From the human T2T-CHM13v2.0 reference genome, Homo sapiens: a stretch of 64,000 nucleotides of DNA. The translations under genes and the position numbers were made by a program. Under the pieces are notes generated by a model. It searched no databases and had not been told where the DNA came from. It saw only the letters and a list, made by a program, of their open reading frames with translations. Below, piece by piece: positions 53,575 to 64,000 of the stretch (positions are counted from its first letter, which is position 1; the number at the start of each line of letters is the position of its first letter). Where the stretch lies: assembly GCF_009914755.1 (NCBI RefSeq), contig NC_060928.1. One strand, written 5' to 3'.

Positions 53575-53810
53575 CAGTTAAAGAGTTTCACTGCAAATAC
53601 CTTAAACAGATATTGAGAAGGAAAGAAAAGGAGAAAAGATGCTGAGAAGGCCACTAGCTGTGTCTGCCATGATATATATTTGTAATAAGATGTTCTCATA
53701 TTGAACCTAATGTTTTCGAAACCTCAATACAGAGAATTGGAAACACATTAGTATTTTTACATACAGGCAGATAAGGCAGACTTTATCTTTGGGCAAAGAC
53801 GATACATTGA

Positions 53811-54134
<324 letters not shown>

Positions 54135-54779
54135 TGATTATGTGAAGACACTGTAAAAAGACTCCTATAATCTAACACAAAGACCAAGACCTCTTCTGAA
54201 CTGAAGAAATTCTGAATGAAGTTTTGCTAACCATAGGCTGCAAAATGATACAGGTGGATGTGTTCATTGATAGAGAGTTGCATTGCTTTGAGGATCAGGT
54301 TTGATCTGTCTCTTTGGGGTCCAGGACTAAAAATATCTGAATCTGGCAAGGAGAAATGGCAAAAGACTGTCATCTTGTTTGGAGACCAAGTAGGTCAGAG
54401 GTAGGTGTGGGGCTAAGGAGAGCCCATCTGAGAGGGATTGGTCCCTCAAGGCGGGACTCAGCCTCTGGATCTGGGAGCCATGATACTTTGTGTCCTGTTT
54501 AAGTGGTTTGTTTTCTTTTTCTATTTTTAATTACCTTCTGAGGATATTGCCTACAGGGATATTTTATTAACTCTTCCAGTCTTGAGTCCACTGTGGTCTG
54601 GGGATTAGGGAGGCAGGATCCAGGCATGGGAAAGCTTCTGCTGTGAAGTAGTGAGAGAACATCTGCAGAGAGTGAGCAAGGCCTGAAGGGAGGTTGTTAT
54701 TGAGGTGACAATACACATGAAAGACATATTTTGGAACATGTTGGTGTCCCTCTGGGACCCCTCGGAGAGACTCTGTTAA

Positions 54780-55229
<450 letters not shown>

Positions 55230-55641
55230 TAGAGAACTTGGGAATAGCCAGGCGTATACTAGGGGTTCATAGAAGTTTGACTTTGGTCTCAGTGTTTTTC
55301 CAGATATACAGTTCCATTTAACCTTGGCCTTTGGAAGGCTCAATAGCCAAATGCCCACCTCAATGTCATATCTGGCACCTTTGAGCTATTATAAACATTC
55401 CTCTTATACTTCTACTCCAGGGAAAGGCTGAAATCTGTGTGCATGCAATGAAAACTGAGATGCACTAGAAATTTTGGTGGGATCTTACTGTCTTGAAAAC
55501 CAATTACCTAGCTTTATTACCACATTTCTAGATCCAAAATTTAAGGACACATTTGTCTCAGAGCATCGTATAAAGTGTCAAGTCCATGCAAAAGTATAGG
55601 AAATTTAAAACTGCAAGAAAGGGCAACAATCTTAAGAGCAC

Positions 55642-55951
55642 ATTTTTTTTTTTTCTTTTTCTTTTTTTTGTGACAGAGTCTCGCTTTGTCGCCCAAGGCT
55701 GGAGTGCAATAGCGCGATCTCGGCTCACTGCAACCTCTGACTCCCAGGTTCAAGGGATTCTTGTGCCTCAGCTTCCCGAGTAGCTGGGATTATAGGTGCC
55801 TGCCACTACACCTGGCTAATTTTTGTATTTTTATTAGAGATGGGGTTTCACCATGTTGGCCAGGCTGGTCTCAAACTCCTGACCTCACGTGATCTGCCCG
55901 CCTCGGCCTCCCAAAGTGTTGGGATTACAGGCATGAGCCATTGTGCCTGGC
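55642..55951 (-). mobile_element. AluSx-like
   Basis: Dimeric Alu with a poly-T start. Confidence 0.92.
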
Positions 55952-55959
55952 ACTTTATA

Positions 55960-56710
55960 AAATATTCAGGAAGTATTTTCTTTCTTCCTTTCCAATCTGT
56001 ATGCCTTTTCTTTCCTTTTCTTGTCCCATTGCTAGGTCTTCCAGTATGACATAGGAGTGAAGAGAAGTTGTCTTTGTCTTATTTTCCATCTTAAAGAGAA
56101 ACCATTCAGTCTTTTACCATAGTATGCTGTTAGCTGTAGGATTTTTAAAGAAAATATTACCTTTACTGTGTTAAGGAAGTTCTTTTCTAATCCTAAATAT
56201 TTGAGAATTTCCATCATGATGTGACTATATGGGTTTTCTTATTCCATCTGCTAAAAATTACATCCACTGATTTTTAAATGTTGAACTAGCCTTGCATTTC
56301 TGTAACCATATATATATTTATGTATATATGGTTTTGATTTTGCCAATATTTTGTTAAGGGTTTTTGCATCTATATTCATGGAGAAATATTTGGTCTGTAG
56401 TTGTTATTTCTTGTACTGTTTTTATCTGGTTTTGATAGTAGGATAATATAGCCCTCTTAAAATGAGTTAGGGAAGCATTTCCTCTGCTTCTGTTTTCTGG
56501 AAGACGTTGTGGAGAATTGGTATTTTTTTCTTCAAATGTTTTGCAGAATTCACCACTGAAATTCTAGTGCTTTACTTTTTTTAAATTTTAATTATCCGTT
56601 TGATTTTTCAATAACTATAGGTCTATTGAGATTATCTATTTCTCCCATGTTAGTTCTTATAGTCTCTTTCAATGAATTAGTTTATTTTATCTAAGTTATC
56701 AAAGTTGTGT
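55960..56710 (-). mobile_element. Ancient L1M ORF2 fragment
   Basis: ttgaactagccttgcatt, tttgcatctatattcatg, aaaatgagttagggaag, agaattcaccactgaa motifs. Confidence 0.75.
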
Positions 56711-57919
56711 GGAAGTATCTTCTTCAAGTGCTCAAAACATTAGTTTATGAAATTGCTTCCATGAAATTGCATCAGCGTCATGAACCAAATTTTCCTGTCA
56801 AGGAGGTGAGGAGGCAGTAAGTCATGACCTTAGTTGCTTACTAAAAATGAAAGGCGTTTGAGGAAAGCCTGATAATTCATTGACAACATTACCATCAACC
56901 ACACCTTACCATTCCTAGGAGAGCTGGCCAAACGGATCTTCCTCTATCAATAGCGGGAAGTGGGTATCTATTTGGTATTAACAAACATGCAAATTAGTGA
57001 TTTAGGAGCCACACAGCCCCTGATGATGAAGACACATGATTCCTACACTATAATTTCAAGATGTAACATTGAATACTAAGTTGTTTTAACAATAACAAAT
57101 TTTAAATTAATATATTTGGGATAAAATATCAGATTTATTTTTTCATTGCATAACATCAATCTATGATTATAATATTCACTTTTTGCCTTGGCTTTGACCA
57201 GAGACAGATTTTACCATTTGCCAATTTGGAATCTGGTCAAATGCATATTTACCGGGCACCTCTAGAATATACATGCATGGACACACACACACTCCTCATA
57301 ATCTCAATGTCTCCAAGCCTCACCAGGCTGTATTTATAATCACATTGAGAATAATGCCTGTGGCTTGCAAGTAGTTCTTCTGTTTATATACTAGGCCCTT
57401 TGCATCCCAAAGTGCATGTTAGTTGGGTCACAGTGGATTTATAAACACAACCTCACAGAGCATTTGCAGATCCCCAGTGCTCCTGTGTGGTCCCCAATCT
57501 TGAATCTGACTTGTTTTGTCAAAATCCCACTTCTCTTTTGAATTCTCTTGCAGGGTGCCCACAGCACTCTTGGTAGCTGTGTAAATTCATTCATCTCTCA
57601 GTTCGTAGAAAGACAAGAGAATCACAGTTGAAGTTTGTCTGCAATGTTTGGGACTCATTTCACATCTGTATCATTCAGGGCTTATAATTAGCTTTCTTGT
57701 CTCTAAGCAAACACTAAACAGTGGCTTAAACAAAATCGATGTTTATCTTTATCTTATGTAAATGGAGTCTGGAGGCGGACTGCTCAGGGCAGAATGATGA
57801 CTCCATAGCCATTGTGGATTTGGTTTCTATTTTTTTGCTTCCTCATTCTGTTGTACCCTCAAGGTCACTACCACATCCAAGAAGGCTGTTGGGGCTTCAC
57901 AATATCTGCACTGGGGGTC

Positions 57920-58175
57920 ATGCTACTGTCTGAATGTTAGTGTCCCCTCCAAACTACATGTTGAAATTCTAGCTCCAAAGGTAATGGACCTCCTAAAGGC
58001 TCCACCTCCTAATACCATTACCCTGGGGGTTAGGAGCCATCATGAATGGGATTAGTGCCCTGATTAGGTCGTGGGGGGCAGAGCTACCATAAACAGGATT
58101 AATGCCTTGATAAGAGAGACCCCAGGGAACTTGCTCACCCCTTCCACCATGTGAGACACAGCTAGAAGGCACCAC
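57920..58175 (+). mobile_element. MST-type MaLR LTR fragment
   Basis: tgctactgtctgaatgttagtgtcccctccaaa...catgaatgggattagtgcc...ccatgtgagacacagctagaaggc. Confidence 0.7.
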
Positions 58176-59506
58176 ATGACAGCAATATGGAGGCAGAAAA
58201 GAAGTTAAGACCAATTAAGATGGAAGACTGATGGTCACATAGGTAGAATCAGGAGGTCCATGGGGTAGATAGATGTGGCCCTGCTGATGATAGTAGGTGT
58301 GGACTTGCTGCGATATCCACGTGGTGCAGCCACAGCTGGTCAGAACAGCCACCTTAGAAGCCTCAGCTGAAAAGTACTGCTTGAAGGCACAAGAGAAATC
58401 CAGCATGTCTAGAGAGGAGAAAAGACACAGAAGAAAACTCTCCCTGGGGGTACATCCAGGTTTGAAGGGCAGAGGGGAAGTATAGCAAATGGAACCAGTG
58501 AAGAAGACAAAGAAACAGCAGCTGGAGAAATAGGGGCAAAGTAGGGCAGTGTAGAATGGCCAAGATCCAGGGAGGAGCATGGCTGGAGGGAAAGGGAGAG
58601 AGAAATGGAGCGGAAGCACCGAGAGCTCGAAGTCAAATGGAGCAGACAACGGCAGAGCAGGCCAGTGGGTCTAGTGTTTAGAAAGCCACTGGCGCCCAAA
58701 GAGGGTGTTTTTTTTTTGAGGTATAACCAGTGGGACAGATGGTAGTGTCTTTAAGTCTAAGTCAAAATGAGTAATTAAAAAAAAAAGAGTCAGCTGTGAA
58801 AGTAATTTTGAAGGTTATAGCCAGCCCTTGCATTTGCATGATGCTTGGTGCTTTCCCAGCAGGACAAGCTCCATAATTTGCAGGGCCCAATACAAATCAA
58901 AATGTGGGACTCTTACTGAAAAATTAAGTATTTCAAGACAGTAACAGAACATTAAAATAAGGGCAGAGTCATTCTGAGTCTGGGGCCCCATGCAACTGCA
59001 TAGATTCCACACACCCATGAAACCCACTTGCTTCCAAGCAGTTTTCCTCTACTCTTTAATTTCAGAGATGAGTTCTGGAGATGGAAAAATCCATATGATT
59101 CATTTGGGATAAATATCTTTCTTGACTTCTCAGCATGGAACACCCTTCTTACTTGGGGGATAGAGGGATTTCCCATTGTGTTCATCCAGGTGAGAAGCAT
59201 GATTCCCTCTACTAGGCAAATCCTCTCCCAACCCCGAGCAACCAGGTTTAGCTAATTAGGTGCTTCTTCCCAGGATTTTGAGTCTTGAGGGAGAAGTGCA
59301 AAGATGCAGGATTATTAGAGACAATTTCCTGTGGCGGTGGCAGAATGGAGAGGCCATGGCAGAGGTGAGGGTAGGGCAGGAACAGCAGTGAGTGTCCAGT
59401 GGAACCCAGGGGTAGTGTCCCATCCCATATTTCCCTGGGACCTGCTTGGGCATTCTCTGCTGCTGAGCCTTTCTTGACTGTTGCCCATTCTCCACATACA
59501 AGTTTA

Positions 59507-60086
59507 TGTTGGGGAAAGGGTCCCTAAGACCACCCTTGAGCTTAGTAATTCACTAGAAGGATCACAGAACTCAGCAAAGCTGTCATGCTTACAGTTTTGA
59601 TTATTACAGTGAAAGGACACAGACTAAAATCAGCAACAAGAAGAGGCACGCAAGGCAGGGTCCAGGGATAAGCCTCCAATTGTGCTCTCCCAGTGGCATA
59701 TGTGGACAGTGATTACCTCTTTCAACAATGATGTGTGGTAACACAATGTTGGCAATGCTGATGTGTAGCAACACAAGTATTGCCAACCAGTGAAGCTCAC
59801 CAGAGCCTTGGTGTCCAGAGTTTTTGCTGGAGGTCAGCCATGTAGACACAGCTGACAACCCACATGGCTGAGATTAGTATCCAGTCTCTCCAGAGGTTGA
59901 ACTGTGGTCCCAGGGCCCCACCATAAATCACAATTCTAGCATAGCCTATATGACATAGTCCAAGACCCCCGAATAAACAAAGACACTCCAACTCGGCAAA
60001 ACATTTCAAGGGCTTAGGGCTTACCCCTCAGAAGTAGGGATAGAAGCCACACCTTTCTTTGGGCAAGATAAATCCTTCACTGCACA
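59507..60086 (-). mobile_element. MER21-family LTR
   Basis: tgttggggaaagggtccctaagaccaccc...gaactcagcaaagc...ttattacagtgaaaggacacag...gggcaagataaatccttcactgcaca. Confidence 0.75.
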
Positions 60087-61279
60087 CCAAGCCCTCTTCA
60101 CCTGCTTTCTCATCCAAGCCCTGGGTTCTCCAAACCCTTTCTTAGGAAGCCCTTCCAAAGAGTACCTGGATACTCTCAATACCTCCTGAGGTGGACACAG
60201 CAGATACTGTGATCTCTATTTTTCCAATGAGCCAACAGAGGCCCAGAGAGATCTAGGAACTTTCCTGAAGTCACATAAGTTGATGTAGGGCTCACATGTT
60301 CTGAAACCTACCCCAATGTCCTTTTGATTCCACCCAGCTGTCAGGGATGTAATTGCTGTAACAGGCTAGCAGCTGCCCAGGAGGAATCGGAGTCACTGGA
60401 AAGGTCAGAAGACTGAGGTTGGCTGAACTTCATCTCAAATATTTGGGGATCTGAATTTTTTAAATTCCTCATAAGCCTGATGAAATTAACCCAGGGTTTG
60501 CCCTCCAACAGTATTCTAAGGAGTTTTGTAGATAAATAGGGCTTTCTGTAGATTTTTTCAAACGTCCAATGTTAAGACATTTCTCTATGTTAGGAAGGTG
60601 GCCAGACTTTCCAGGAAACATGGCAAAACCAAAGGGCATCCCTACATCCATGGAATGGAAAACAAGCCTTTATAACCAATAGGTGACATCCCTAAGCGAT
60701 TATCCCCCACCGTGACCCAGAAGTAAAAGTCCTTTGTGGTGGGCAAGGCTTGTCTCCTAGCCAGGGAACAACTTACCCCAGCCCTACCGCCAGCTGCTCC
60801 CATCTGCTGCCAGGAGCCCTGGGAAAGAGATGGTCACTAAGGTAACTACAAGACACTGAGGGTTGGGCAGACATAGACACACAGCAGCTGCCACTGCTGG
60901 GCTCACAGCCCGTGCCCTGCTCTGGAGGGACCCCGGAGGCCTTCTGCCAGCTGAGGCCTCAGACCTGGGGCACACAGGGCTGCCTAGAGAGAGGTGCTTT
61001 GAGAACCTTCTTGGTCTCCGTAGTGTTCCTGCAGATCATAGATCATGGAGACATCTCTTCCAACTGGGAGACTGAGGCCAGGAGCAGGAACTGACATTTA
61101 ATAGCAGAGCTCAGACTTAAACTCAATGGTCCTGACACCAACTTGAGAGCTCTCCACTTTAGAGGTGACCTCCTGATGCGATGAGCTCTCCAGGATCCCA
61201 AAGAAAGGGGTTGAATACGGCTGCAAGGGATGATGCAGAAATACCTCATTCACTCACTCAGCAAACATTTACCAACTGA

Positions 61280-61640
61280 AATCAGTGTGTTGACAGGGAC
61301 AGGACTGTGGCCCCTGTATTGAGAGGATCTAGTGGGAATCTCTTCTTGCCTCTTCTGGCTTCTGGTGGCTTCAGGCAGCTCCAGGCATCCTTGGTTTGTG
61401 GCTGTGTAACTCCAAACTGCCTCTGACCTCACACAGTCTTCTCCTCTGTGTCTCCCCACATTCTCTTCTCTCAGGAGGACACTTGTCATTAGATTTAGGA
61501 CCCAGCTTAATCCAGAATAATCTCAACTCAAGATCCTTAACTTCATTATATCTTCAAAGACCCTTTCCCCAAATAAAGTCAGATGCACAGATTTTAATGG
61601 ATGTATATTTTGGTGAAGGGGCACCATCCAACCCACTGCC
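61280..61640 (-). mobile_element. MLT1 LTR fragment
   Basis: cttgcctcttctggcttctggtggct...ggacacttgtcattagatttaggaccc...ccctttccccaaataaagtca. Confidence 0.75.
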
Positions 61641-61744
61641 CCCACCCTGTGTTAGGCTGTTTTAAACCCTGGGTGCTACAGAAAACACAGCAGACAGGGC
61701 CTGGTTCTCTGAAGTTTATAATCCAATGAAGAAAAGACAATCTA

Positions 61745-62095
61745 CAGATGGTCACCAACTTATGATGGTTCAATTTAGAATTTTTTACCCATAAGAGGAT
61801 CCAAAAGCAATATGCATTTAGTAGAAACAGTACTTCAAGTACGCATACAACCATTCTGTATTCACTTTCAGTACAGCACTCAATACATTACATAAGATAT
61901 TTAGCACTGGATTACTAAATAAGCTTTGTGTTAGATGATTTGCCTAACTGTAGGCTAGTGTAAGTGTTCTGAGCATATTTAACATAGGCTAGGCTAAGCT
62001 ATGATATTTGGTGGGTTAGGTGTATTAAATGCATTTTCAGTTTACAATATTTTTAACTTATGATGGGTTTATGGAGATGTAACTGTGGGCATCTG
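61745..62095. mobile_element. Tigger4 (MER46/Zombi-type) MITE
   Basis: TA|cagatg...catctg|TA; gtagaaacagtacttcaagtac and ctaggctaagctatgat motifs. Confidence 0.85.
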
Positions 62096-62387
62096 TATAA
62101 TTTAATGTAGTTTCAGGTAATGATAACTACTCAGAAGAACAGTTACAAAGGGCAAAGCAAGACTGGGCATGGAGTGGGTTCTCTTTTAGATGAAATGGTC
62201 ACAAAAGCTCTCTTGGAAGGGGTTTCGGATGGCTCAGCTCACTTGCACATGCGCCAGTTTCCACCTATCCAAGTTCAGGGACCTGGGAGACAACAGTATA
62301 GTACCGAGGAAAGAGCAGAAACTTGGTAGCTTGTCTTTCGTTGCGCTTGCATTGGAGGGGCACGACATTTCCTGCAGTCCTTGTGGC

Positions 62388-62648
62388 TGTAAGCTGAAAA
62401 TGCATTTACTACACATAACCCACCAGATACCATAGCTTAGCCTCGCCTACCCACGCTCAGAACACTTACATTAGCCCACGGGGGGCAAATCATCTAAGCC
62501 TATTTGGTAATCAAGTGCTAAATATCTTATGTAATGTATTGAATGCTATAACTGAAAGTGAAAACAGAATGGTTGTATGGGTACTTGAAGTACTGTTTCT
62601 ACTAAATGCATATGGCTTTTGCATCATCTTAAAGGTGAAAAATCCTAA
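62388..62648. mobile_element. Inverted, terminus-less copy of the Tigger4 interior (61775-62046)
   Basis: Its reverse complement aligns along ~260 bp of the upstream element. Confidence 0.85.
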
Positions 62649-63029
62649 TATCTGCTAGTAGCATGCATGAAAGGAAATGGCAGCACTTTGGAACTGCAGT
62701 CATTGGAACCTGGACTTTCAAGACTGCCATTTACCAAGGGTTTTCTATGAACGAGGCACCTCATCCACCAACCAGGATGCTGAATGGAACTTCTCCATTG
62801 AGATTTCCTGAGTCCCCAGAAGTGAAGACAATGGGTTCTCACACATTTTAAAAGGAGGCGTTAGACACATGACCACAGAAATGCCCAAATCTGCAAAAAC
62901 CTGTGACCCTTGCTCACCGCTCACTTCCAACCTACACAAGAGATAAGAAATTCAGAGAAGATTGATCAGAGAAAGCTATCCCTTAAAGCAAATGCACAGA
63001 TGTGGAGCTTGTGACAGTGTTTGTCCTCC

Positions 63030-63190
63030 TTTTTATTATTTTTAGAGGCAGAGTCTCGCTGTGTCACCCAGGCTGGAATGCAGTGGCACAATCATAGCTC
63101 ACTGCAGCCTTGAGCTCCTGGGCCCGAGGGATCCTCGCAGCTCAGCCTCTTGAGGAGCTGGGGCTACAGACCCACACCATTGTGCCTAAC
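63030..63190 (-). mobile_element. Alu right monomer (FRAM/AluJ fragment)
   Basis: gaggcagagtctcgctgtgtcacccaggctggaatgcagtggcacaatcatagctcactgcagcc. Confidence 0.85.
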
Positions 63191-63789
63191 TTGTTTCTCC
63201 TTCTTTTCTGAGAGGAAAGAGAAAAGCCAGGGCTCCTCATCCTAAATGAGGGGAAGGGGCAGGAGAATCTCTGGGGAGGGGAAGGGGTGTCCATGGGCCA
63301 GTCTGGTTTCTGACTACGTGCTGAATGTCTCCTAAGCTGCTAAACTGTGCACCCAGGGCCACTACAAGGCCAGAGCAGAGTGCAGTGACAATGCTGGGTG
63401 ACACCTTGGCCTCCTGAACTTTGGAGGTCACACACTAGAGTCAGCTTTTTTCCTGAAGATGTCCAGGATGCATGAGGAGGATGGTCAGGCAGCCTGGGGA
63501 GCAGCCTGCACCCCCAGAGACTGGCTGGGCAGAGGGAACACCAAGGAAGGGGCCGGACTAGAGCCACCCTGGAAACAACCCTGCCCAAGCAGGCTGCCTG
63601 GCAGAACTCCAGGGCGGGCCCCTGGGGCGGGAGATGAAGAGATGAGAAGGAGCTGGGAGAGGTCAGAACAGAGGGTGCATCTATCATGCCAGCAGGCCCC
63701 AGGTGGGGGCAGGGGTGGAAGTGAGGCTAGTGGATATCTCTGAAGAACCCACAAAAGGTACCTCTTGGAAGAGAGAAAAGAAAGAGGGC

Positions 63790-64000
63790 TGTTATGGGTT
63801 GAACTGTGTCCCTCAAAAAGATGTGTTGAATGAATTCCTCACCCCTAGAACCTGTGAAGGTGACCTTATTTGGGAATGGGGTTGGGGCTGATGTAATCAG
63901 TTAGAATGAGGTTGTAGTGGACCAGGGGGGGCCCTTAATCCAATATGACTGTTGTACTTATCAGAAAAGGGAAATTTGGAAACAGACACAGAGAAGAGAG
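63790..64000 (+). mobile_element. MLT1 LTR 5' part, cut by the window end
   Basis: tgttatgggttgaactgtgtccctcaaaaagat...gtgaccttatttggga...taatccaatatgact. Confidence 0.85.

Overview
Human-type (primate) genomic DNA with no intact protein-coding exon that I can support. A CpG island at about 6050-7850 holds at least two minus-strand non-coding first exons with GTGAGT donors. The upstream one matches my recollection of the PROM1 (CD133) 5'UTR, so this is probably PROM1 intron 1, its promoters and about 56 kb of upstream intergenic DNA; this is recalled, not searched. The rest is mostly transposon relics: an HERV-K(HML-2) LTR5 solo LTR, two old L1MA-type LINEs (one full length with TSD), a twin-primed L1PA, LTR8, MaLR and ERV1 LTRs, Alus, MIR/L2, Tigger elements and microsatellites. 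I found no new gene system. The most unusual signals are repair or integration scars: (1) the LTR5 is flanked by a 96-bp duplication and keeps an extra AA at its U3 end, suggesting aberrant one-ended integration; (2) about 250 bp of the promoter flank was copied into a nearby L1 5'UTR; (3) a fold-back inverted copy of flanking DNA sits inside an ERV1 LTR; (4) a Tigger4 has a local inverted duplicate; (5) an Alu carries a patchwork templated insert. Repeat subfamily names come from remembered consensus sequences and need RepeatMasker/Dfam confirmation.
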